In this document: in pieces, positions 42,423 through 51,832 of the stretch | Numbering within the stretch: position 1 is the first letter of the stretch | How the letters are laid out: each line of letters opens with the position of its first letter | Source of the DNA: a bacterium | Lineage (GTDB): Bacteria > Patescibacteriota > Patescibacteriia > Patescibacteriales > UBA12465 | Direction of reading: 5' to 3' | Assembly: GCA_035402825.1 (NCBI GenBank) | Contig: DAONDZ010000002.1 | Coordinates: 1,854-65,853 of the forward strand | Length of the DNA: 64,000 bases | The notes under the pieces: model-generated | Databases searched by the model: none | Seen by the model: the letters and a program-made list of their open reading frames with translations, nothing else | Told to the model about the DNA's origin: nothing | Position numbers and translations under genes: made by a program

Positions 42423-43578
42423 ATAAAATTTTCTGATAAACCTGAACCGTTTGATAAGCGCAATTCCACCAGCTATAAAGCTTGACTCGCTCTCGACCGC
42501 GGGCGATCAAATCCTGTCGCAATTTTTCATCGCTCAAAATTAATTTCGCCTGCTTAACCATATCAGCAATATTACGCGGATCAAAATACAGAGCCGCTTC
42601 CCCTAAAATTTCCGGCAGTGATGATTGGTCAGAACTAAGCACCGGGCAATTCTTGGCCATAGCCTCTAAAGGCGGCAAGCCAAATCCTTCATAAAAAGAA
42701 GGAAAAATATAAGCCCGAGCTTTTTCGTATAATAACTCCAATTCTTGATCCGGCACATAGCCTGGGAAAATGACGCCGGACAAACCCAATTCCTGAGCAT
42801 AAGCCTGAACCCGTTCATAAAAATAATCCGGCTTGCCGACTAAAACTAAACTTAACTGAGGATAATCTTCCTGTAATTTTTTAAAAGCCCTTAGTAACCC
42901 TTCTAAATTCTTGTGCGGATAAGCATTGCCGATATAGAGCAAAAAGTTGGCAGGGATATGATATTTCTGCAAAGCCGTACCGGCGTCTATTTTCTGAACA
43001 AATAAAGAATCATGACCACGAGCTAAATTAGCCACTCCTTCATAAGTAACCACGATTTTTTCCGGAGCAATCTTGAATTGCTCAATAATATCCTGCTTAG
43101 TGAAATTAGAAACGGTAATCACTTGTCGGGCGCGGCGCAGAGCCGAGGCGATAATTTGGCGATAGGCCAAATTTTTCAGACGATATAAAATCGGACTTAA
43201 AGTGCTGGCTCTTTGAGTTGGAAACTTAGTCAGAATCAAATCATGGACAGTGACCACCAAGGGACAAGGCAAAAAAAACGACACATTAAAATGCGGCACA
43301 TGGAGCAAGTCTAATTTAGCTCGCCAAAAATAAAAAGGCAGAACTACCTGTTCCTTCCAACCATACCACCGAATGGGCGCCATGACTTTTTTGACCCGGC
43401 CAATAGCTTCCGGCGGGATAATTAATTCGTCAAAATTGTCTCGGCTCAAAAATATAATATATTCGTTGTCAGTATCAATATTAATAGCATTATCCACCAG
43501 CTCTTGGACATAACGCCCCAAGCCCTTGCCTAAAGGACCATAAAAGCGAGCATCAATGCCAATTCGTTTGCCGGCCAT
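42403..43578 (-). CDS. Glycosyltransferase family 4 (GT-B)
   Basis: IGIDARFYGPLGKGLGRY and FPSFYEGFGLPPLEAMAKNCPVLSSDQSSLPEI (EX7E). It overlaps the downstream DUF4012-like gene by 20 nt. Confidence 0.8.
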   Translation of the reverse strand: MAGKRIGIDARFYGPLGKGLGRYVQELVDNAINIDTDNEYIIFLSRDNFDELIIPPEAIGRVKKVMAPIRWYGWKEQVVLPFYFWRAKLDLLHVPHFNVSFFLPCPLVVTVHDLILTKFPTQRASTLSPILYRLKNLAYRQIIASALRRARQVITVSNFTKQDIIEQFKIAPEKIVVTYEGVANLARGHDSLFVQKIDAGTALQKYHIPANFLLYIGNAYPHKNLEGLLRAFKKLQEDYPQLSLVLVGKPDYFYERVQAYAQELGLSGVIFPGYVPDQELELLYEKARAYIFPSFYEGFGLPPLEAMAKNCPVLSSDQSSLPEILGEAALYFDPRNIADMVKQAKLILSDEKLRQDLIARGRERVKLYSWWNCAYQTVQVYQKILYGQKTS

Positions 43579-43581
43579 AAG

Positions 43582-44508
43582 TTATGCTTTCTTTAATTTA
43601 GCGTGCTTAATCTCACGGAATGACAGCCACAAGAAAAGCATCAAGAGCAACAAGGTGTTAAGCGGAGCCAACCAAAAAGGATAATGGCGGCCGAAACTCT
43701 CTAAAATCATAATTAACCCCAACATGCCAATAGAATACATGGCACCATTCTTCAAATAAGCAAATTTGGAAATCAAATTAATACCGCGGATAGTAAACTC
43801 TCTGACCACAAAAGCGCCTAAGCCGTTGCCGATAATAATCAAAGGAACGCTCATGGTAAAAGCGAAAGCGCCGATAACACCATCAATGGAAAAACTGGCA
43901 TCTAATACTTCCAGATACATAATCTTGCTCCAAGCGCTAATCCCCGGCGACATCAGCTGCTTCTCTTTTTCTTCGGCGTTCTTCTTGAAGCCGTCGGTAA
44001 TAAAGAAGGCACTGATACCAATGGTAGCGGCCAAAGCTAATATCGGATTAATCTTTAAGGAAAAATAAACCACCAGAACAGTAATAATAGAAGAGAAGGC
44101 ATAGAACCATGCCCCGCGGCGATGAATCATGCCCTCCACCAAGAAAGCATATTTTTTCTCTTCTAAGAATAACCAAGCCAAGAAAACTAATAATAGATAG
44201 ACACCGCCGCCTAAAAGTAGCAAAGGTTTAGAGGCGTCCAAATATTCTTTAATTTGAGGATCATTAGAGAAAACTGCGGTAATCACCCCGCCAATAGGCA
44301 AAGCCGGATTAGCTATCCAAACTATCAAAAATGGCAAAACACCGCGAACAACAAAAACGGCGAACAGTAGCCCCCAAAATAAAAAAATCTTCCGGTATTT
44401 CTCCGGCATGGTTTTTAAAATATGGGCATTAACGATAGCATTATCAACGCTGCTGATTATTTCGAACAAACACAAACCAAAGATTACAATGATAGTACTC
44501 CAAATCAT
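43582..44508 (-). CDS. DUF475/TerC-superfamily integral membrane protein
   Basis: FEIISSVDNAIVNA near the N-terminus, a second LDASFSIDGVIGAFA motif, and about 8 TM segments. Confidence 0.6.
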   Translation of the reverse strand: MIWSTIIVIFGLCLFEIISSVDNAIVNAHILKTMPEKYRKIFLFWGLLFAVFVVRGVLPFLIVWIANPALPIGGVITAVFSNDPQIKEYLDASKPLLLLGGGVYLLLVFLAWLFLEEKKYAFLVEGMIHRRGAWFYAFSSIITVLVVYFSLKINPILALAATIGISAFFITDGFKKNAEEKEKQLMSPGISAWSKIMYLEVLDASFSIDGVIGAFAFTMSVPLIIIGNGLGAFVVREFTIRGINLISKFAYLKNGAMYSIGMLGLIMILESFGRHYPFWLAPLNTLLLLMLFLWLSFREIKHAKLKKA

Positions 44509-44519
44509 AGATTTAAAAA

Positions 44520-45980
44520 CTAGCCGAAGGGCAGATTGGATGGGACTTGACCGGAAGATTCTTCCGCCGCCGCATTCTTCGCCGCTTCTTTAATAATATT
44601 TTTAGGACTAATACTTTCAGTTTCCATTTCCAAAGAATCAATTGGCTCCAAGGCTTCTTGATAAACAATAGTCTCTTCGCTCGGTAATGATATCGGCGGC
44701 TTAGCTTTCTTGGCCGGAGTCTTCTGAACCATCGGAGCTTTAACCGTGGCATCCATCGGGAAGTGCCAAACCGTAGCCAATTCTTCCACATTATAAATCC
44801 CCGGCATGCGGCCGGCATACCAATCACGATTAATATAGTTAGTAACTATCCGGCGCTTGCGTTCGTTTAAACGTCTGACTTTAGTAAAGAAAGCCGTAGA
44901 GGTCGCGGTGTAGTTCATATCCGGCTTAAAAGCATTCAAATCTAAAGCCGAGAACTGTTTAATATAGCCAACAAAGCCGTTAAAAACTTTTTTCGGATTA
45001 TAAACCTCTTTCTTCCCTACATAAACCATACGCAATTTAGCGCGGAATCCTAATTTAGAAACTTTCTGATGCAAGCCTTCCACCTGCTTCTTCTGCTTCG
45101 GTTTTAACTCTACCATGGAAAGCGGTTTAAATTCTTTCTCTTGGGTAGCTAAATCATTGCCAAAAGCATAAACGAATTCGCTGGTTTGGGCGATACCCAT
45201 ATTCAATTGGTCAATCAATTTATTAGCCCCAGTGACTTTCGGCTTTTTGCCGATAATCTTTTCAATTTCTCGGTCCGCTTCATCCATCCAATCAAAACCG
45301 ATAGGAATCAAAAGAATCTGATACCATAATTGTTCGCCACGGACCAAAGAGCTGCAAAGATCCATTAGCGAGGCCATCGGGTCTTTAAAAAATATTTCAG
45401 TCGGTCCCATCTTGTGTTCAAATTCTTCATAACAACGAATGGGAAACATCTGATTAGCGCTTTGAATAAACTCCGCGCCCGCCACATCATAGTCATCATT
45501 AGGATAAATCTTCGGGATACCCTCAGTATAATCATCAATCTCGGTAATTTCTGCATCGGGATATTGAGAATAGACAGCTGATTCCACTAAATTCTTATAA
45601 TCTACTGGAGTGCGAATAATAAACTGGGTGTAGCCGTCAATACTGACTATCTCCAAACTAAAAATCAATTGAACCTTCCCTTCCCAATATTTTTCAAACC
45701 AGTTAATAGTACTGTGAGCGCCGGCTAAATAGGCCAAAAGATTTTCCACGGCCCGAGGCGATTGTTCATTGAGCCGCGGAATGTCTAGGGCCAAATAAGT
45801 ATATTTAATCGGGCCGACAAACTTCCCTTGGACATATAAAAGCCAAGCTTCTTTGGCGAACATCAAGAAGATGATAGCAATGATCAACCAGCCGTAATAA
45901 GCCATGAAATGCCAAAGCATGACATCGGGCGGCAGGAGAAAAAACTCTTGAATTGGCGAGATATCCAAAACAATATTCAT
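44520..45980 (-). CDS. Membrane-anchored protein homologous to the N-terminal module of the T4CP-like ATPase (no ATPase domain)
   Basis: N-terminal TM, then FSLEIVSIDGYTQFIIRTPVDYKNLVESAVYSQYPDAEITEI, FPIRCY and TVWHFPMD. Each block matches one in residues ~55-420 of the 845-aa protein. No Walker motifs are present. Confidence 0.55.
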   Translation of the reverse strand: MNIVLDISPIQEFFLLPPDVMLWHFMAYYGWLIIAIIFLMFAKEAWLLYVQGKFVGPIKYTYLALDIPRLNEQSPRAVENLLAYLAGAHSTINWFEKYWEGKVQLIFSLEIVSIDGYTQFIIRTPVDYKNLVESAVYSQYPDAEITEIDDYTEGIPKIYPNDDYDVAGAEFIQSANQMFPIRCYEEFEHKMGPTEIFFKDPMASLMDLCSSLVRGEQLWYQILLIPIGFDWMDEADREIEKIIGKKPKVTGANKLIDQLNMGIAQTSEFVYAFGNDLATQEKEFKPLSMVELKPKQKKQVEGLHQKVSKLGFRAKLRMVYVGKKEVYNPKKVFNGFVGYIKQFSALDLNAFKPDMNYTATSTAFFTKVRRLNERKRRIVTNYINRDWYAGRMPGIYNVEELATVWHFPMDATVKAPMVQKTPAKKAKPPISLPSEETIVYQEALEPIDSLEMETESISPKNIIKEAAKNAAAEESSGQVPSNLPFG

Positions 45981-46024
45981 AAATTAAAAGCTGCTTTTAT
46001 TATACCATAAAGCCGAAAAACGTT

Positions 46025-46057
46025 AAAGACGGCGGACTCTTTCGAGCCGCCGTCTTT
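46025..46057 (-). terminator. Hairpin terminator after the sigma-r4/HARE-HTH gene
   Basis: 11-bp GC-rich stem AAAGACGGCGG...CCGCCGTCTTT. The T-tract on the minus strand is interrupted (aacgttttt). Confidence 0.5.
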
Positions 46058-46076
46058 ATAGTAAAAAATTGATTGT

Positions 46077-47093
46077 TTATTTAGCCCATTCCTTGAGGGC
46101 GTAAAGTCCTCGGCCGACCAGCTCATAGCGGTCATCTAAGATTAATTCGTTGTGAACAGTACCGGCGTTAGCCTTCTTGCTGTCAAAACCGATTTCATTA
46201 ATCTTAGCAGCGATATCGGTAAAGTGCATCGGTTGACCATTATTCTTCAAAATCAAGTAAATCTTATCACTGATTTTTTTCGGTTTAATTTCCGGCCATT
46301 CATTAATACCCCAATGACCGAATTTATTGCGATCAATATTCTTAGCAGCCTGAATTAAGGAATATAGAACCTTATTAGCATTAATCACTTCGGCTTTCTC
46401 CGGGAAAATCTCACTCTTGAAAATAGGGTGTAAGTTACTATCAATAGAAGTCTTCAGTTTATCCTGATGACGGTTATAGCTATCTGACTTATTAATCAAT
46501 TCTAAAAGCTGATCAATGGTCATGGTAGTATTGCCCTTTTCTACCTGGCGGGTAATCTCTTTGGCCAAGTCTTCTAAATGCTCAATGGAGTTATCCTTCA
46601 ACTTATAATAGGAATTAAATTCGTTGGATTTGTCCACCTTGTCTACTTGGTCTTCTAAAAGCTGAGAGATGATAAAATCAAAGTTCTTCTTGTATAAATC
46701 CCTTTCGGAATCGTCACCTTTAGTATCAATACAGAACATAGCCATTACATCCAATAAGAACTCCCGGTCCATTAAACCGCCGTGTTCTTGTAATAATTGG
46801 CTAACAGCTGATTTAACAGTGCTGAGATAGCTATCTAAATATTCTAATTTCTTTAATTTCCGCAAGCTGCTGGATTCTATTTGGCGAACGCGCTCTCTGG
46901 TCAGTTTATGAAGACGACCAATTTGCTCCAAGGTTTCGGCTTCACCGCCCTTCAAAGCAAAACGACGAGTCAAGATGTCTCTTTCTCGTTCCAAGAGTTC
47001 GTCAAACAAACTATTAACCAACTTAATGGCATTGAGTTTGCTTAATTCTTCAGCCTTTTTGTTGCTGATAATTTTCTCCAATAGATTATCCAT
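46077..47093 (-). CDS. Sigma-70 region-4-like HTH protein with a C-terminal HARE-HTH (RpoE-delta-like) domain
   Basis: DILTRRFALKGGEAETLEQIGRLHKLTRERVRQIESSSLRKLKK is region 4. The C-terminal IYLILKNNGQPMHFTDIAAKI...VHNELILDDRYELVGRGLYALKEW looks HARE-HTH-like. No region 2 is recognisable. Confidence 0.6.
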   Translation of the reverse strand: MDNLLEKIISNKKAEELSKLNAIKLVNSLFDELLERERDILTRRFALKGGEAETLEQIGRLHKLTRERVRQIESSSLRKLKKLEYLDSYLSTVKSAVSQLLQEHGGLMDREFLLDVMAMFCIDTKGDDSERDLYKKNFDFIISQLLEDQVDKVDKSNEFNSYYKLKDNSIEHLEDLAKEITRQVEKGNTTMTIDQLLELINKSDSYNRHQDKLKTSIDSNLHPIFKSEIFPEKAEVINANKVLYSLIQAAKNIDRNKFGHWGINEWPEIKPKKISDKIYLILKNNGQPMHFTDIAAKINEIGFDSKKANAGTVHNELILDDRYELVGRGLYALKEWAK

Positions 47094-47178
47094 ATATAGT
47101 CAAGTTTATTTATAACTTTCTATATATTGGCAGATTTTTTTTAATTAGTCAAGGGGTAGCGGCAACTAGTTATCAACA

Positions 47179-48213
47179 CTATTGTTCAATACCGTCAAAC
47201 ATCATTTTCTCCAGGTTTTTCAAGGGAATTTTAACTTTCAGCGATTCTTGACGCCAAGTGATATAGTGCCTCTCTCTTTTCAGCCTTTTTAGCTCTTTTA
47301 AAAGATAGGGAGAAAACAGGGCGGTAAAAACGACCCGCTTTTGGTAGTATAACCAGCTCAAAAATCTTATCTTTCCGGTATAGGGCAAAAACAAATACTT
47401 TTTGTAGATTAAAGCCTGGCCGTAGAAAGACCAGCCTTTAACTTTCCGGCTCTTAGACCAATAAGCTCGCCAAATCTTCAGACACTTATTCCCGGCCGCG
47501 CTGGCACTGCGGTCATGATAGACCTTAGCTCTGGGCTCTAGCCAGGCAGACCAGCCAGCTAGCTGCAAACGATAGGCTAAATCAATATCCTCTTTATACA
47601 TAAAAAACATTTCATCCAAATACTCTTTTTGGCCGAATTCGTCCAAGAAGGCCACATCCTCCAAAGCAGACATATTGAAAAGAGCGGCGGCTCCGGTAGC
47701 GCCGAAGATATAACCGGGATTAAATGAAAAAGATTTCTGGCCTTGATGCTTGTCCCAAAAATGATGACGAGCGTCCAAGGCGATTCCATCGCTATCAATA
47801 ATATCGGTTAAAATCTCTTGCTTGAAATTCCAATGCAGAAGCCGTGGCGAAACCGAACCCAGGCGCCCCGAACTGATGGCGGCCAACATTAGCTTCAAAC
47901 TTTGAGGGTCTAAAAAGGTATCAGGATTAATCATCAAGAAATAATCCGCTCCCCAAGCGGAAGCGGCGGCCATAATTTGATTATAGGCTTTAGCGAAGCC
48001 GATATTAGCGCCGGAGAAATGATATTGAATCCAATGATATTCTTTCTCAATATATTCCCAATTCTGATTAGCACGCTGATCGCTATTATCAATACACCAC
48101 ACTCGAGATTCGCCCCCGACCAAAGATAGAGCCTGAAATAGACTGGGCAGGAAATAAGGCAAGTACTGGCTGCTATGTTCGTTATAAGCGATAAAACCGA
48201 CGGCTAACTTCAT
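47179..48213 (-). CDS. Glycosyltransferase family 2 (rhamnosyltransferase-like)
   Basis: N-terminal GT-A pattern (VGFIAYNE...CIDNSD...GFAKAYN...YFLMINPDTF). Confidence 0.75.
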   Translation of the reverse strand: MKLAVGFIAYNEHSSQYLPYFLPSLFQALSLVGGESRVWCIDNSDQRANQNWEYIEKEYHWIQYHFSGANIGFAKAYNQIMAAASAWGADYFLMINPDTFLDPQSLKLMLAAISSGRLGSVSPRLLHWNFKQEILTDIIDSDGIALDARHHFWDKHQGQKSFSFNPGYIFGATGAAALFNMSALEDVAFLDEFGQKEYLDEMFFMYKEDIDLAYRLQLAGWSAWLEPRAKVYHDRSASAAGNKCLKIWRAYWSKSRKVKGWSFYGQALIYKKYLFLPYTGKIRFLSWLYYQKRVVFTALFSPYLLKELKRLKRERHYITWRQESLKVKIPLKNLEKMMFDGIEQ

Positions 48214-48223
48214 AATATTAAAA

Positions 48224-49489
48224 TTAAGATTTAAGCCAAGAACCGTCTTGGCGCACTAATAATTTTTGGGCGTAATTAGGATTAAGCATTAATTCTTTAA
48301 CTAGTTTTTCCAACCTGCCCCCCTGAGAAGCTTTAATCAAAATCAAATCATCTATCTTGATCATTTCCTTTATCTTCTCAGTCGCTTCTTCTCGGGTGGC
48401 AAAATAAAAAATCTTTTTTTCCGACAAACCCTCAGCCGAAGCTCCTTGAGCGATGAATTTGGTTAAAGAACCGACTAACAAAAGATAATCCGGCTTGAGC
48501 CGAGCTGCTTGCTCCCCCACTTGTCGATGGCCCGCTTCGGCGGCAGCACCCAATTCTAACATTTCACCCAAAACTAATATCAACCGACCGTAACGATCTT
48601 TTATTTTCGCCACCACTTCCAAGGCAGCCAAAGCTGAGCTAGGAGCACTGTTATAGGTATCATCAATAATGGTACTGCCTTCAATGCCCGGAATTAATTG
48701 CAGACGACCGGCCGGTAATCTGAATTTCTTGAGAGCCAAAACAGCTTCGATTAAATTTTCCTCCAAAGAAACTGCCGTGGCCAGAGCGGCTAAAGCGGCA
48801 TAGACCGCTGGATAACCTAAAACTTCGTCTAAAAAGACCGGGATAGTAGAGCCTTGATAGTTGACCTTAAAATGCATGCCTCGCTCATCAAAGACTATAT
48901 CTTGAGCCCAAAAATCGGCTCCCTCTTGCAGGCCATAAGTTAAAACTTTAACCCGGCTGTCTTGAACCATTTGTCGGGTTCCTTCATTATCATAATTTAA
49001 AATCGCCGTACCGCCTTTCACTACACCAGCAATCAAGCTTTGTTTTTCTTGGCGTAATTTTTCTGCCGAGCCGAAAAAAGCTAAATGCGATTCCCCGACG
49101 CCGGTAATGACTGCCACTCGTGGTGAGACAATGCTCAAAAGATAATTCATATCGCCGGGCCGATCTACGCCCATTTCTAAAACTAAAATTTCAGGGTAAT
49201 TTTTATCTTTTAAAATCATCAACCCAAAAAATTTAAACAGCAAACCCAACCAAGCGCGAATTGATTTTCCCGGCGCCGAAATATTCAAAATACTCAGCGG
49301 CAAACCCAATTCATTATTATAGTTCTTCAAGGTAGCCCGAGTTCTATGAAATTGGGATAAAACCGTAGAGACAGCCTCCTTGGTACTGGTTTTGCCGACG
49401 CTGCCGGTAATACCAATAATATCGGGATGATATTTGAAAAGCACCGCCTTAGCGAGATATTTTAAGATAAATTGAGCTATTTTTTCCAT
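48224..49489 (-). CDS. murF: UDP-N-acetylmuramoyl-tripeptide--D-alanyl-D-alanine ligase
   Basis: Mur ligase P-loop GITGSVGKTSTKE, DDTYNSAP, and dcw-cluster context next to ftsI. Confidence 0.85.
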   Translation of the reverse strand: MEKIAQFILKYLAKAVLFKYHPDIIGITGSVGKTSTKEAVSTVLSQFHRTRATLKNYNNELGLPLSILNISAPGKSIRAWLGLLFKFFGLMILKDKNYPEILVLEMGVDRPGDMNYLLSIVSPRVAVITGVGESHLAFFGSAEKLRQEKQSLIAGVVKGGTAILNYDNEGTRQMVQDSRVKVLTYGLQEGADFWAQDIVFDERGMHFKVNYQGSTIPVFLDEVLGYPAVYAALAALATAVSLEENLIEAVLALKKFRLPAGRLQLIPGIEGSTIIDDTYNSAPSSALAALEVVAKIKDRYGRLILVLGEMLELGAAAEAGHRQVGEQAARLKPDYLLLVGSLTKFIAQGASAEGLSEKKIFYFATREEATEKIKEMIKIDDLILIKASQGGRLEKLVKELMLNPNYAQKLLVRQDGSWLKS

Positions 49490-49493
49490 ATAA

Positions 49494-51422
49494 TTAGCGT
49501 TCTTTGGGTACCTGATAATACTTTAACAGAAAATCGGCAATTTCGCCAAATATCGGCGCCGCGGAACTTTCGGCGAACTTATCAGCCGGCTTATCTAATT
49601 TCACCAACATTACAAAGCGCGGATTATCAATCGGAGCCATACCAATGAAGGTGTGAATGAATTGATTCTCCAAATAGCCGCCGTTAGGTGCGGCAATCTG
49701 GGCGGTACCGGTTTTGCCGCCGACATAATAACCAGCGGCACCGGCTCGTTTAGAATGGCCGTTCTCCACCACATCGGCCAACATCGCTCGGATAGTTCGA
49801 GCTGAACGTTCTGAGATTACTCGACTGACCTCCTGAGGCGAAACAGTTACCCGGCTATCATCGGGACGAACAATTTCTCTGACTAAATAAGGGCGCATTA
49901 AAATCCCGTTGTTGGCAATGGCGGCATAAGACATCAGCATCTGCAGGGGCGTAACGGCAATGCCTTGGCCGAAAGAAGCGGTCGCGGCGTCAATCGGTTT
50001 TATTTTATCCCCCCGGCTCAATGATCGGATATCCCCTTTCAGTTCGCCGGCCAATTCAATGTTAGTTAATTTTCCAAAACCAAATCTTTCCACATAATCA
50101 CCAAATACCTTGCCGCCAATTTGTTCCATGGCGAAAATAGCGCCGGTATTTAAAGACAGATTCAAAACCGTAGTCATGTCCGTAACGCCATGAGCGCCGC
50201 TTTTAGCATAATCCGAATTACTGATCGGCTTGGGCCAACCAGAAATCATTACCTGTCCAGTATCATTATAGGTCGTGGTCGGGCTCACCTTGCCTTGGTC
50301 TAAGGCAGCTGACATAGTAATCACTTTGAATACCGATCCTGGTTCATATTGAGAAGAAACTGCCGGGTCCATAAAAACCTTAATATCATCCACCTTAGAA
50401 TAATCGTTAGGATTGTAATTCGGCCAAGAACATAAAGCGATAATCGCCCCAGTCTTCGGATTGGCCACAATAATGGTACCACTCTCAAACTTATACTTTC
50501 CCACCCCTTCTTCTAATTTCTTGCAAACGAAAAATTGAACAGCTCGATCAATAGTGAGAATCAAATCACTGCCATTTTCCGGCTTGATATAATCCTTGTT
50601 GTTCACGCGCACCACCTCAGAGCCGCTGGCATTCTTGTTGCCCTTCAAATAGCCCTCTCGCCCCTTCAAGTCGCCATTAAAATATTCTTCCAATCCGTAA
50701 TTGCCCTGATTCTCATAATTTACAAAACCAAGCATCTGAGCGCCTAAACTATTTTCCGGATAATAGCGCTGCGGCACCAAATCAAAACCTAGCCCTTGAT
50801 AAACGACATTAGTACCGACGGCATTTTCTCCTTTTTTGTAGATTTTCCCGTTGCGCAATTCCAAACTATTCTCCGGCAGATTTAAAGCTAAGGCATAGAA
50901 ACGCAATAAATCTTCATCACCGGATTTTTTAATTAAAATTTCATAAGGATCATTAGCTTTCTGCAAATGGGCCAGATAATAGGACAGAGAGCGATTTTTC
51001 AAAATATCATCAGCCGTAGAAGAACTAGTAGTGGCAGTATTTTCGGCTTGATAATCATCAGGCATATCGCCGGCCCCAAAAACGGCATATAACTTTTCTG
51101 CTAAAAAATTAGCTTGTTCCGGAGATAAATCTTTAGGCACGGCGTAGATAGAAGCGAAATTACGATAAGTAGCCAAGAGCGATAGTTCATTCTTTCTTTG
51201 ATTATCACTATAGTTATTCACCCAAATCTGTCCGCGGCGCGGCAAAAGCTGAGTATCCACTCGTTGCTGTTTGTCCGCTTTGGAGCTATAAAAATCAGCC
51301 TTGATGATTTGCAAATAATATAACCGAGCCGCCATGGCTAACCCCAATAAAAAAAGAACCGCTATCAAATAACGGAGCCGAGAATTTTGCCAAGCGCTGG
51401 GAACTTCTTTTCTAATTGCCAT
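49494..51422 (-). CDS. ftsI: Class B penicillin-binding protein (FtsI/PBP2 transpeptidase)
   Basis: N-terminal TM, SxxK (GSVFK), SxN (SNS) and KTG (GKTGTA). Confidence 0.85.
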   Translation of the reverse strand: MAIRKEVPSAWQNSRLRYLIAVLFLLGLAMAARLYYLQIIKADFYSSKADKQQRVDTQLLPRRGQIWVNNYSDNQRKNELSLLATYRNFASIYAVPKDLSPEQANFLAEKLYAVFGAGDMPDDYQAENTATTSSSTADDILKNRSLSYYLAHLQKANDPYEILIKKSGDEDLLRFYALALNLPENSLELRNGKIYKKGENAVGTNVVYQGLGFDLVPQRYYPENSLGAQMLGFVNYENQGNYGLEEYFNGDLKGREGYLKGNKNASGSEVVRVNNKDYIKPENGSDLILTIDRAVQFFVCKKLEEGVGKYKFESGTIIVANPKTGAIIALCSWPNYNPNDYSKVDDIKVFMDPAVSSQYEPGSVFKVITMSAALDQGKVSPTTTYNDTGQVMISGWPKPISNSDYAKSGAHGVTDMTTVLNLSLNTGAIFAMEQIGGKVFGDYVERFGFGKLTNIELAGELKGDIRSLSRGDKIKPIDAATASFGQGIAVTPLQMLMSYAAIANNGILMRPYLVREIVRPDDSRVTVSPQEVSRVISERSARTIRAMLADVVENGHSKRAGAAGYYVGGKTGTAQIAAPNGGYLENQFIHTFIGMAPIDNPRFVMLVKLDKPADKFAESSAAPIFGEIADFLLKYYQVPKER

Positions 51423-51437
51423 ATTCTATATCTTTCA

Positions 51438-51486
51438 ATCAGCGCCCAATCAAGCTAAAAAGGTCGGGGCTTAAACGGGCGCTGAT
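51438..51486. repeat. 10-bp inverted repeat with a 29-nt loop in the ftsL-ftsI intergenic spacer
   Basis: ATCAGCGCCC (51438-51447) ... GGGCGCTGAT (51477-51486). Confidence 0.7.
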
Positions 51487-51496
51487 CAAAAACCAT

Positions 51497-51811
51497 CTAT
51501 TTCTTAGCCAAAACTTCAGAACCAACGGAAATATACTCAATCTGATCAATGGCTACCAATTTTAAATCTTTAATTTTCTGATCCAAGGAACCATATGATT
51601 CCATGGCCAGCTTCTTGTTTTTAAAATCCTGGTTAGCGCCATTTAAAACTCCTACCTGATGGCGCAATTCTTCTAGTTTGAATCCCTTCACTACCAAATT
51701 ATTCATTCCCACTAAATAGTAGGCACCGCCAACAACCACGGCAATCAAGAGCAGAAAATTAATCGCTCCGAGATAACATTTTTTATTTTTGAAACTGTAG
51801 TAGGTGCCCAT
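51497..51811 (-). CDS. ftsL: FtsL-like small bitopic division protein
   Basis: 104 aa, one TM (AINFLLLIAVVVGGAYYLV) followed by a helical segment, positioned between rsmH and ftsI. Confidence 0.5.
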   Translation of the reverse strand: MGTYYSFKNKKCYLGAINFLLLIAVVVGGAYYLVGMNNLVVKGFKLEELRHQVGVLNGANQDFKNKKLAMESYGSLDQKIKDLKLVAIDQIEYISVGSEVLAKK

Positions 51812-51832
51812 AGCAATATTTAAAAATTATTA

